A stretch of DNA of 46,259 bases, taken from NCBI GenBank assembly GCA_015064125.1, contig SVSV01000002.1:1-46259 (forward strand). Direction: 5' to 3'. Origin of the DNA: Oscillospiraceae bacterium. GTDB lineage: Bacteria; Bacillota; Clostridia; Oscillospirales; CAG-272. Below the pieces are notes generated by a model. That model had not been told where the DNA came from and did no database searches. It worked only from the letters and a program-made list of their open reading frames with translations. Shown here piece after piece: positions 34,620-42,664 of the stretch. The translations under genes and the position numbers were made by a program. Position 1 is the first letter of the stretch. Each line of letters starts with the position of its first letter.

Positions 34620-34648
34620 TTGACAAAACTTATAACCGATGCTAAAAT
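34620..34648 (+). promoter_or_regulatory. candidate sigma-A promoter of the hydrolase gene
   Basis: TTGACA (34620-34625), 17-nt spacer, TGcTAAAAT (-10 at 34643-34648). Confidence 0.6.
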
Positions 34649-34677
34649 TTTGATGATAACATTGGAAGGAGTCAGTT

Positions 34678-35499
34678 ATGCTTTACGAAACGATACAGCT
34701 GGGTGATTTTAAGAAGGCCACGCTTACTGCGATCTGTCTCACCCAAACAAACGTCCTTAAGCAAACGCCGCGCCGTGCCATTATCATCTGCCCCGGTGGC
34801 GGTTATCATTTTCTCTCCGACCGTGAGGCGGAGCCGATCGCTATACGGTTTTTAGCCGCCGGCTTTGCCACCTTTGTTTTGCGCTACGGCATTGGGGAAA
34901 ATGCAGCCGATTATCGCCCCTTAAAGCACGCAGCACTGGCTATCCGTTACGTGCGTGAGCATGCTGCCGACTATAATGTCGACCCCGATTACGTGTTTAC
35001 CTGCGGCTTTTCGGCAGGTGGACACCTTGCAGCCTCAGCAGGTGTTTTGTGGGACAGTCCCGTGCTTGACGACCTCCTTGAGGGCGCACCGCGCGACATT
35101 GCAAGACCTACGGGCATGATCCTTTCCTACCCCGTGATCACCGCTGACAGCACCTTTGGCCACATGGGCTCCTTTAGGTACCTATGCGGCACCGATGTAC
35201 CGACCGACGAGCAGCGCGACGTATTCTCGCTTGAAAAGCACGTAAAACCCACCACGCCCCCCGCCTTTTTGTGGCATACCTTCAACGATACCTGCGTACC
35301 CGTCCAAAACAGCCTCATGCTTGCCGAGGCAATGGCGAAGGCAGGCGTACCGTTTGAAATGCATATTTTCCCCGCAGGCATCCACGGCTTGGCACTCTGC
35401 AATGAGCAGACGGCAAGCGATAACCCCGCGTTCATCCTGCCCAACGTCGAGCCTTGGGCAGAGCTCGCCATCACGTGGGCGCGTCATTTGACGGTATAG
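34678..35499 (+). CDS. alpha/beta hydrolase (esterase, BD-FAE/Aes-like)
   Basis: CPGGGY oxyanion-type motif, nucleophile elbow GFSAGGH and a C-terminal HGL histidine. Confidence 0.8.
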   Translation: MLYETIQLGDFKKATLTAICLTQTNVLKQTPRRAIIICPGGGYHFLSDREAEPIAIRFLAAGFATFVLRYGIGENAADYRPLKHAALAIRYVREHAADYNVDPDYVFTCGFSAGGHLAASAGVLWDSPVLDDLLEGAPRDIARPTGMILSYPVITADSTFGHMGSFRYLCGTDVPTDEQRDVFSLEKHVKPTTPPAFLWHTFNDTCVPVQNSLMLAEAMAKAGVPFEMHIFPAGIHGLALCNEQTASDNPAFILPNVEPWAELAITWARHLTV

Positions 35500-35535
35500 G
35501 CGAAGAGCTTATGTATTCAGTTCTCTTCGGCTATA
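35495..35535. repeat. 41-bp mini-copy of the MITE-like element ends (hairpin)
   Basis: TATAGGCGAAGAG-CTTATGTATTCAGTT-CTCTTCGGCTATA. Same ends, and the same CTTATGTATTC core, as the right end of 13615-13892. Overlaps the hydrolase stop codon. Confidence 0.7.
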
Positions 35536-35539
35536 ACCG

Positions 35540-35575
35540 AAAAGCACCGAAATGCGTTGCATTTCGGTGCTTTTA
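35540..35575. terminator. bidirectional terminator (hydrolase / hpf)
   Basis: AAAAGCACCGAAATGC-GT-TGCATTTCGGTGCTTTT. Confidence 0.8.
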
Positions 35576-35576
35576 T

Positions 35577-36095
35577 TTATTCTTCGGTAATGAGGCCGTA
35601 GTTGCCGTCCTTGCGGCGGTACACGACCGAGGGCTTTTCGGTTTGGGCGTCACGGAACACAAAGAACTGATGCTCAAGCAGATTCATCTGCAAAATGGCC
35701 TCCTCAACCGACATGGGCTTGACGGGGATGTATTTCGTGCGGATCTGAAATTCACCCTCCTCCGCCTCCTCTATATCGCCGGGAATCGGCTCAAAGGCCG
35801 CAGGACGCAGGCGCTTTTCAAGACGCGTCTTGTTTTTTCTGATCTGACGCTCGAGCGCCTCAAGTGCTTCATCTATAGCATTCTGGAAGGTATCTGCCCC
35901 CTCCTCACAGCGAAAAATAGTGCCACTGTAGTATATAGTGATCTCAACGTACTGCAAGCCGTGACGGCAGGAAAACACCACCGTCGCCTCAGCATCCTCG
36001 CCGAAAAAGCGATCAAAGCGCGTCAGCTTCTTTTCGGTAAGCTCCCTCAGGGAAGAACGTACACTCATCTGTTTGCCACTCATGGTAATCTTCAT
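35577..36095 (-). CDS. hpf: ribosome hibernation promoting factor (long HPF)
   Basis: MKITMSGKQM.V...LRE..EKKL.RFDRFF N-terminal S30AE fold plus a C-terminal dimerisation domain (KPMSVEEAILQM..). Confidence 0.88.
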   Translation of the reverse strand: MKITMSGKQMSVRSSLRELTEKKLTRFDRFFGEDAEATVVFSCRHGLQYVEITIYYSGTIFRCEEGADTFQNAIDEALEALERQIRKNKTRLEKRLRPAAFEPIPGDIEEAEEGEFQIRTKYIPVKPMSVEEAILQMNLLEHQFFVFRDAQTEKPSVVYRRKDGNYGLITEE

Positions 36096-36237
36096 ATAAG
36101 AGTCCGCCTTTCTGCACCTCTCTTGGTACAGCTTTATTATAGCACAGATTTTGTGAAAAATAAATAGGTTTTTTGAAAAAAATATAAGTTTTTTGTGAAT
36201 AATTGCAACAAATTACGGGAAAATTTGCAAAAAAGCC

Positions 36238-37023
36238 TTATTCCGATATGATAAATGTCGCCTCATCACTGCCGTCGGCATCATCCCGGTCGTCAGCATC
36301 ATCCCGGTCGTCGCCGTCATCAGCGGTATGACTGTCAGCGTCGCTATCGTCATCAAAGGAAAACAGATCAAGCCCTACCTCCCTTGAGCGGTGGCGCAGC
36401 ACGACGCTCAGCACTGCGACACAGATCAGCACGACGAAGGCCACAAGCAAAACGGGATTAAAGCGCACGTAAAACGACTGGGCGCCGCTCACGGCCAAAA
36501 AGCGACTGCACACAAGAGAAAAAAGCTCAGGGAAAAGTGCCAACGGTAACACCGCCGCTTGCAACACAAAAAGCAGCACGCGATTCGGCACAAAGGCACA
36601 AAACAAAATCTTGGCCTGCTTTGCCGCCTCACTGTCCCCTGCTGCCCCAGCAGCACGCACGCGCCACAGCGTACACACCGCGAAGATCGACACAGCAAGA
36701 GAGATCAGAAAGAACAGCATCAGTAACACCGCGCCTACCGCCAAAAGCAAGTAAAAATTCCGCACGCCTTCACTGATCACATCACCGAGCAGATAAGTGC
36801 GCGCACTTTTTAAGGTGTTGAACAACAGCCGCAAAACCGAAACCTGCATGGGGCGTCCCAGCTGTATGGCAGACACGTTATAAAATGCCCCCATGAGAAG
36901 CAGCACGGCTGCCGCCACTAAGGGCAGTGCATACTGTAGCCATACGAAAAGCACTGTGCGGCGACAAGGATCCCGCCAGAGATCGACAAGAGCCCCCCAC
37001 AAGGTCTGCTTTTGATTTTTCAT
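36238..37023 (-). CDS. hypothetical polytopic membrane protein with acidic repeat tail
   Basis: 261 aa, about 5 TM segments. The C-terminus is DDDSDADSHTADDGDDRDDADDRDDADGSDE. ATGA overlap with the upstream HD gene. Confidence 0.65.
   Translation of the reverse strand: MKNQKQTLWGALVDLWRDPCRRTVLFVWLQYALPLVAAAVLLLMGAFYNVSAIQLGRPMQVSVLRLLFNTLKSARTYLLGDVISEGVRNFYLLLAVGAVLLMLFFLISLAVSIFAVCTLWRVRAAGAAGDSEAAKQAKILFCAFVPNRVLLFVLQAAVLPLALFPELFSLVCSRFLAVSGAQSFYVRFNPVLLVAFVVLICVAVLSVVLRHRSREVGLDLFSFDDDSDADSHTADDGDDRDDADDRDDADGSDEATFIISE
36278..36313. repeat. 18-bp tandem duplication inside the acidic tail coding region
   Basis: GCATCATCCCGGTCGTC(A/G) occurs twice; on the coding strand this gives DDRDDA twice. 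Confidence 0.8.
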
Positions 37024-37649
37024 TTCTCATTTCCCTCCAGGAAGTAGGCCGCCTCCATGTCGGCGGTAGCAAGCGCCATAGCAAGGGGGAATTTAGCAAA
37101 AGCAGCACCTACGGTATTATTATCCTCGGTGCCCGAAAAGCCCATATGATAACGAATGGCAAAGGCCTCATCACGCGTTAAGCGCATAAAGCCCGAAACG
37201 ATGTAAACCGATTTTTCGCCGTGCCCGTAGGGAAGCTCATCCTCGATGGTATAAAAGGGCACAGTCTTCCACACACCGTTTTCCTTGACGTTGCGTGTGC
37301 TTTCCTTATAGAAATTGATCTTGCAAAGGTCATGCAAGAGTGCCGCAATGGCAACGCTCTCCTCGGAATAGTCAACGCCGTAGATCTCACGCACGCGCGG
37401 GCGTGCCAGATAGTCGCAAAGACAATCGTATACGTTGAGGCTATGCTCAAGCAACCCCCCCGGATAAGCGCCGTGATAACGGGTGCTGGCAGGTGCTGTG
37501 AAAAAATCACAATTATCCGAGCAAAGATAGTCAAGCAGCTTCTGGGCTCCATCGCGATGGATTTTCTCCTTAAAGATCGAAATAAAGCGTTCTTCGTTTG
37601 AAAGCGCAGCGCCGCCCGAAGCGGCACCGTTGTCAAAAAACATTTCCAT
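37020..37649 (-). CDS. HD-domain phosphohydrolase
   Basis: ASTRYHGAYPGGLLEHSL and AALLHDLCK HD motifs; 209 aa. Confidence 0.78.
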   Translation of the reverse strand: MEMFFDNGAASGGAALSNEERFISIFKEKIHRDGAQKLLDYLCSDNCDFFTAPASTRYHGAYPGGLLEHSLNVYDCLCDYLARPRVREIYGVDYSEESVAIAALLHDLCKINFYKESTRNVKENGVWKTVPFYTIEDELPYGHGEKSVYIVSGFMRLTRDEAFAIRYHMGFSGTEDNNTVGAAFAKFPLAMALATADMEAAYFLEGNEK

Positions 37650-37848
37650 TCAGTTCCCTCTTTCTAAATTTTAAGTATAATTTTCCAATTTTTGTTTATC
37701 TAATTCCAAAAAGTGAGGAGCAAGTAGGCTTTCTTTTCCACGATCCATCAAAGACAGCGGCGTGGAATGCCTTGCATTCATTATACCACGCAAAGGCACC
37801 AAAGGCAATAACTTTTTGTCAACTTGAAAATTCTTTTGCACATACCCA

Positions 37849-37877
37849 TAGACAAGCATTGAAATTTATGTTATAAT
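37849..37877 (+). promoter_or_regulatory. candidate sigma-A promoter of hisS
   Basis: TAGACA (37849-37854), 17-nt spacer, TGtTATAAT (-10 at 37872-37877). The leader is only about 35 nt long. Confidence 0.55.
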
Positions 37878-37917
37878 GTATTTTGTATATTTATATCTCA
37901 CGTGAAAGGACTCCGAC

Positions 37918-39213
37918 ATGGAAATCAAACTCTCCACGCAGCCCTACAAGGGCACGCGCGACTTTTACCCCCGTGAAATGAAAATGCGAAACTGGTTTTT
38001 TAGCAAAATCAAAAAATCGCTTGAAGCTGCTTGCTTTGATGAGTACGACGGCCCCATGCTTGAAAGCCTTGACCTCTACGCCGCCAAAAGCGGTGAGGAG
38101 CTTGCCAAGGAGCAGACCTATAACTTTTCTGACCGCGGCGGCCGCAATCTTGCCATCCGTCCCGAAATGACACCCACGGTTGCCCGTATGGTGGCAGCCA
38201 AAATGGGTGAGCTCAATTACCCCTTAAAGTGGTTCTGCATTTCAAACATGTATCGCTATGAGCGTCCCCAGCGCGGCCGCTTGCGCGAGTTCTGGCAATT
38301 AAACGTTGATATTTTCGGCTGTGATACCTTTGAGGCGGACCTCGACGTTATCAAAAGCGCCATTTCGCTTTTGCGCGCCTTTGGTGCTGACCAGAGCATG
38401 TTCCGTGTGCACATCAACAACCGCCGCTTCTTCAACGATGCCATTGCCGCGATCGCAGGCACTGACGTTGAGGGCAGCCGCCGTGTTTCCAAGGTCGTCG
38501 ATCGCAAAAACAAGGTGCCGCGCGAGGCTTACGAGGCAGACCTCAAGGCCCTGGGGCTTGATGACGCGCAGATCGCCGAAATTGACGAGCTTTACACAAT
38601 GAGCGTCAAAGAAGCCACCGCCCTTTGCCCCGACTCCGAGGGTGCGCGCGAGCTTAACGCCCTCTTTGAGGCGCTGGAGAAAACCGACCTCTTAAAATAC
38701 TGCATGTTTGACTTTGGCATTATTCGCGGTCTTGATTACTACACCGGCACCGTCTTTGAGGTCTTTGACGAGGCGCCCGAGAACAACCGCGCCATGTTTG
38801 GCGGCGGTCGCTACGATAACCTTGTAGGGCTTTTTGTCAAAAACGCCAAGATCTCAGGTGTTGGCTACGGCATGGGCGACGTAACGCTTGAAAACTTTTT
38901 AACCACCCACCACCTCGTGCCCGACCTCGACAACGACGGTACCAAGGTGCTGGTCACGCGCTTTGACGACGTACCGCTCGAGGCCTACAACACACTGGTA
39001 GACATTTTGCAAGAAAGCGGTGTGCGCGCCGCGCTCTATCTTGGCAACAAAAAATTCGGCAAGCAGATCGACTTTGCCGCCAAGGAGCATTACAGCCACG
39101 TGGTGATCATGGGCGGTAACGAGCTGGCCGCAGGTGAGGTCAAGATCAAGAACCTGCAAACGCGAGAGGAAGTAACCGTTGCACACGAGGCACTGGGCAA
39201 ATTCTTTCACTGA
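37918..39213 (+). CDS. hisS: histidine--tRNA ligase
   Basis: PYKGTRDFYP, LAIRPEMTPTVARM and YRYERPQRGRLREFWQ class II motifs. Confidence 0.92.
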   Translation: MEIKLSTQPYKGTRDFYPREMKMRNWFFSKIKKSLEAACFDEYDGPMLESLDLYAAKSGEELAKEQTYNFSDRGGRNLAIRPEMTPTVARMVAAKMGELNYPLKWFCISNMYRYERPQRGRLREFWQLNVDIFGCDTFEADLDVIKSAISLLRAFGADQSMFRVHINNRRFFNDAIAAIAGTDVEGSRRVSKVVDRKNKVPREAYEADLKALGLDDAQIAEIDELYTMSVKEATALCPDSEGARELNALFEALEKTDLLKYCMFDFGIIRGLDYYTGTVFEVFDEAPENNRAMFGGGRYDNLVGLFVKNAKISGVGYGMGDVTLENFLTTHHLVPDLDNDGTKVLVTRFDDVPLEAYNTLVDILQESGVRAALYLGNKKFGKQIDFAAKEHYSHVVIMGGNELAAGEVKIKNLQTREEVTVAHEALGKFFH

Positions 39214-39231
39214 TTTTTAGGAGCAGCACCT

Positions 39232-39771
39232 ATGATCTATATGTTTTTAGCCAACGGCTTTGAGGAAATTGAAGCGCTTTGCCCCCTTGATCTGTTGCGC
39301 CGCGCAGGGCTTCAGGTCACCACCGTCGGTATTGGCGGCGATATGCTTTGCGGCTCGCACGGTATCACAGTCGCCGCCGATATCCCCGAGGGTCTTTATA
39401 AGGACGCCGCCCCCGATATGCTGATCTTCCCCGGCGGCATGCCCGGTGCCAAGCATCTGGACGAAAGCCGCGTAGTAGATACCGCCCTGAAGGCGGCGGC
39501 AAGGCACGGCAGCTATCTTGCCGCCATTTGTGCCGCCCCCATGATCCTGGGGCATCGCGGTCTGCTTGATGGTAAAGAGGCTATTTGCTTTCCCGGCTTT
39601 GAGGGGCATCTGACGGGGGCTACCCTTTCGCAAAAGCGTGTGGTACGTGACGGCAATATCATCACCGCCGCAGGCATGGGCGTAGCGCTTGAATTCGGTC
39701 TTGAGCTGGTGGCCACCCTGAAGGGGCGCGAGGCGGCCGAAGACCTGCGCCGCGCCGTACTGGCAGACTGA
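39232..39771 (+). CDS. DJ-1/PfpI family protein
   Basis: FLANGFEEIEA.. start and the nucleophile elbow AAICAAP. Confidence 0.85.
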   Translation: MIYMFLANGFEEIEALCPLDLLRRAGLQVTTVGIGGDMLCGSHGITVAADIPEGLYKDAAPDMLIFPGGMPGAKHLDESRVVDTALKAAARHGSYLAAICAAPMILGHRGLLDGKEAICFPGFEGHLTGATLSQKRVVRDGNIITAAGMGVALEFGLELVATLKGREAAEDLRRAVLAD

Positions 39772-40325
39772 TGAGCGCAAACGAAAAAAAAGCCCTGCGC
39801 CGCACCTTGCTTGATGCGCGCATGGCAATTTCCAAGGAGGAAAAGCACATGCTTGATGCGGCGCTTTGCGAGGCGATCGCCGCACATGAACGCTTTTTAA
39901 CCGCCGATGCTCTGCTTTCTTACCTCCCCATACGCGGCGAGCCTGACCTCGAAACACTTTTCGCACTGGCCGAGGCGCGCAACATTCCGATCTTTTTACC
40001 CCGTTGTGAGGCTGACGGTATGCGCTTTTTACGGTATACCGCAAAAAGCGCCCTCACCCCCGACCGCTACGGTATCGCGGCGCCGCCAAGCACCGCCGAC
40101 GAGGCTGTGCCTACCGCGAGCACGCTTTGCCTGGTCCCGGGCCTTGCCGCAGGAAGAGACGGCACCCGTCTTGGCTATGGCGGTGGATTTTACGACCGTT
40201 TTTTGCCCCGTTTTGAGGGATATTCTCTGTTTGCCGTATACGAACGCTTTGTGCTTGACACCCTGCCACACGAGCCGCACGATTACCCCTTAACGCACGT
40301 CATTACCGAGAAAGGAGAGCTGTAG
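39771..40325 (+). CDS. 5-formyltetrahydrofolate cyclo-ligase
   Basis: KKALRRTLL..R. start and a C-terminal GYGGGFYDRFL motif. TGATG overlap with the upstream stop. Confidence 0.85.
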   Translation: MSANEKKALRRTLLDARMAISKEEKHMLDAALCEAIAAHERFLTADALLSYLPIRGEPDLETLFALAEARNIPIFLPRCEADGMRFLRYTAKSALTPDRYGIAAPPSTADEAVPTASTLCLVPGLAAGRDGTRLGYGGGFYDRFLPRFEGYSLFAVYERFVLDTLPHEPHDYPLTHVITEKGEL

Positions 40326-40327
40326 CT

Positions 40328-41254
40328 ATGCCAAAATGGATACCCGACCGCCCTGCTTATAAGAAAGAGCACCGCACAGTTGGCTTTATGCTGCTGGCCG
40401 TTTTTCTGCTTTTGCTTGGCGCGCGTATGTTTACACATCTCTTTTCATTTGGTGATATCCCTTGGTTAATGGCACCCGTTGCGGCCCTTATTGCTTTTTT
40501 GCCCCCCATTGCAGCGTATCTTTTCTATCGCGGACGCGGCTATACGAGATCCCTGCGCCTGCAAGTGCCGCGCCACGTTCATCTGCCGCTGATGATCTTT
40601 GCCTTTGTTGCACTGTTTTTTGGTTCATTTTTATTATCCGTGCTCACGGGCGGCCTTGATACACTCGGTAACAGCGTAGCGCCATTTTCACAAAATACCC
40701 CCGAAACGGTATGGGAATTGCTGCTTTCGCTCATCACCATAGGCATCATACCCGCCCTTCTTGAAGCATTTTGCTTTTTTGGCATCACTGCGCTTGAATA
40801 CGAGCGACGGGGTACTGCACGTGCCCTCCTTTTGTGTACGGTGCTATTTGCGTTGGTGCATTTTGATACCGCCAATCTCCCGGCTTACCTGTTTGCAGGT
40901 ATCCTCTACACGCTGGTGCTTTACGCCACAGGCTCGCTTTTAGCCGTTGGCATCATGCATGCTCTTTACGCGGTATGTGCCCTTCCGATACATCGCTATC
41001 TTGTGGCGCTGTATCATTTTACGGGTACCGTACAGCTGTTTTTGTTCCTTTTTATTCTGTTCACTTTGGGGGCGCTGATCTTATTTTGCCGCAGTGCCGC
41101 GCGCATTTACCGCCAGCGCGACGAAAAGGGCCTGCGAAGCCCGCGGCGCGACGTACCCTATGAAGTGCAATTCTACACGCTTCTTGATGCTGTTTGTGAC
41201 CCTGCCGTGATCTTGTGCCTGGGTGCCGCCATTGCAGGCTTTATTCTGCTTTAA
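40328..41254 (+). CDS. CPBP-family intramembrane protease (CAAX/Abi-like)
   Basis: Polytopic protein with PALLEAFCFFG, FALVHF and IMHALYAV blocks in the CPBP order. The first motif is EA rather than EE. Confidence 0.7.
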   Translation: MPKWIPDRPAYKKEHRTVGFMLLAVFLLLLGARMFTHLFSFGDIPWLMAPVAALIAFLPPIAAYLFYRGRGYTRSLRLQVPRHVHLPLMIFAFVALFFGSFLLSVLTGGLDTLGNSVAPFSQNTPETVWELLLSLITIGIIPALLEAFCFFGITALEYERRGTARALLLCTVLFALVHFDTANLPAYLFAGILYTLVLYATGSLLAVGIMHALYAVCALPIHRYLVALYHFTGTVQLFLFLFILFTLGALILFCRSAARIYRQRDEKGLRSPRRDVPYEVQFYTLLDAVCDPAVILCLGAAIAGFILL

Positions 41255-41271
41255 CTCTATTTGAAAGACCA

Positions 41272-41303
41272 TAAAAAAAGACGGGGTTACCCCGTCTTTT
41301 TTA
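41272..41303. terminator. bidirectional terminator (CPBP gene / spoIIR)
   Basis: AAAAAAAGACGGGG-TTAC-CCCGTCTTTTTT. Confidence 0.85.
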
Positions 41304-41906
41304 GTTAAATATCTTGCCGGCTACCTCTAAAATCTTAAAGCGCAGACGGTATTTGCCGCCATTGCTGTCTGTGATAATACGGTACTGCTCTTCCGTGAGC
41401 CCTGCGGCAAGAAACGCCTCCTCGGCCTCGGCCTTCGTGGTCGCTGCGGAAAGGCACAGGGGCGGGAAAAGCACACACCACCAATTTGCCCCCTCAGCTT
41501 CGCCGATCATGACGCGCAGCGACAGATATTCCCCGGCGGGAAATGCCAGCTGCTCATACTCTCGCGTGGGATAGCTCTCCTGCCCGAGCGATACCGACAC
41601 AGCATCATCACACCCCTGCTTTTTCAGCGTGTTCTGCGCCACGGTACGAATTTCGCCAAGGCTTTCACGCAGCACCACCGCTGCCTCGTCGCGTGTTTGC
41701 ACGTCCCTTAAAAGTAACTGCGTGGTATGCAGCACCTCGTCACGCACCAGGAGCTTGAGCTGCTGATCCTTGTCGCTGTCTGAATTTGCCAGCACGTGCA
41801 GACGGATCACACTGTCATAGATCTCACTCTCCCCGTGCACGGGCAAAAGCACAAATGCCCCCAAAAGAAGCATGATAGCACAAAAAAATCCAAGCATTCG
41901 TTTCAT
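41301..41906 (-). CDS. spoIIR: stage II sporulation protein R
   Basis: Signal/TM start followed by VIRLHVLANSDSDKDQQLKLLVRDEVL, the SpoIIR hallmark. ORF trimmed to the ATG at 41906, which follows AGGAGG. Confidence 0.88.
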   Translation of the reverse strand: MKRMLGFFCAIMLLLGAFVLLPVHGESEIYDSVIRLHVLANSDSDKDQQLKLLVRDEVLHTTQLLLRDVQTRDEAAVVLRESLGEIRTVAQNTLKKQGCDDAVSVSLGQESYPTREYEQLAFPAGEYLSLRVMIGEAEGANWWCVLFPPLCLSAATTKAEAEEAFLAAGLTEEQYRIITDSNGGKYRLRFKILEVAGKIFN

Positions 41907-41978
41907 AAAAGCGCCTCCTGTTTTTGCTTGATACGACAAGGATACCCATTTTTAAAGCACTTTATACGTGTCGTACAA

Positions 41979-42018
41979 ACAAAAATGCCCCGACAGATCA
42001 CTCGCTCTGTCGGGGCTG
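41979..42018 (-). terminator. intrinsic terminator after the ThyX-like gene
   Basis: GCCCCGACAG..CTGTCGGGGC stem followed by a T-run on the minus strand. Confidence 0.8.
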
Positions 42019-42031
42019 ATTTTATCTTCAC

Positions 42032-42664
42032 CTAAATCTGATCCTCTTTTACGGCGATCAGATCGGCTGCGTAGGGCAAGGACAGGATCCAATCGCAAAG
42101 CGTATGCCACTCGGCAAGCTTATGCGTGCGCCGTGCGTAATAGATGTTAATGAGATTTTCGTAATTTAAGGTCACAGTACGCATCTGATTGAACGAAGAG
42201 GGTAAAAGCTGGATCATGTTGTGCCAAGCCTGCTTATCCGACTTATCTGCCACAAACCTCACGCGCTCACCCTCAAGATAGTTGATCAGTGCGTCAAGTG
42301 CCGCAAGACCGCCTTCATCCAGCCTGTCGCAGGAAAAATCCTCACGCGAAAAGGCCTTGACGTGAATTTTATGCATCGTGGAGGTGGAATTTGCCACCGT
42401 GCCGACCTTATATGTGTCAAATTCCTTCCACCAGTAAAGCGGAGCTGTAATATCCACCGACACAAAGATCTGACGCAGAAATTTACGGTGATCGGAGCCT
42501 GCACGTGCAAGGCGCTTGGCAAGATCAAGATCGTTTTGGCCAAACACAAATGCACCGTTTTCATCAAAGCTGCTGTCCATACGCGCCCAGCTGTTCATCG
42601 GATTGCGCGCGCCACGAATGGCATTATCAAAATTCATTACAGAGGTGCGTTCGATCAAAATCAT
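42032..42664 (-). CDS. ThyX-fold protein lacking the canonical RHRxxxxxxxS motif
   Basis: 210 aa. It is collinear by eye with FAD-dependent thymidylate synthase (AIRGAR.., SDHRKFLRQIFVSVDITAPLYWWKEF.., C-terminal LNYENLINIYYARR). However, the motif position reads FDTYKVGTVANSTS. ATGA overlap with the dxs stop. Confidence 0.55.
   Translation of the reverse strand: MILIERTSVMNFDNAIRGARNPMNSWARMDSSFDENGAFVFGQNDLDLAKRLARAGSDHRKFLRQIFVSVDITAPLYWWKEFDTYKVGTVANSTSTMHKIHVKAFSREDFSCDRLDEGGLAALDALINYLEGERVRFVADKSDKQAWHNMIQLLPSSFNQMRTVTLNYENLINIYYARRTHKLAEWHTLCDWILSLPYAADLIAVKEDQI

Noticed and set aside
37650-37917. His T-box upstream of hisS
   Set aside because: The predicted promoter leaves a leader of only about 35 nt, and none of the AGAGA, specifier-loop or GGTGGNACCGCG motifs occur in the 268-bp intergenic region.
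39247-40044. 265-aa minus-strand ORF
   Set aside because: It is antisense to the DJ-1 and 5-FCL genes, which both carry clear family motifs.
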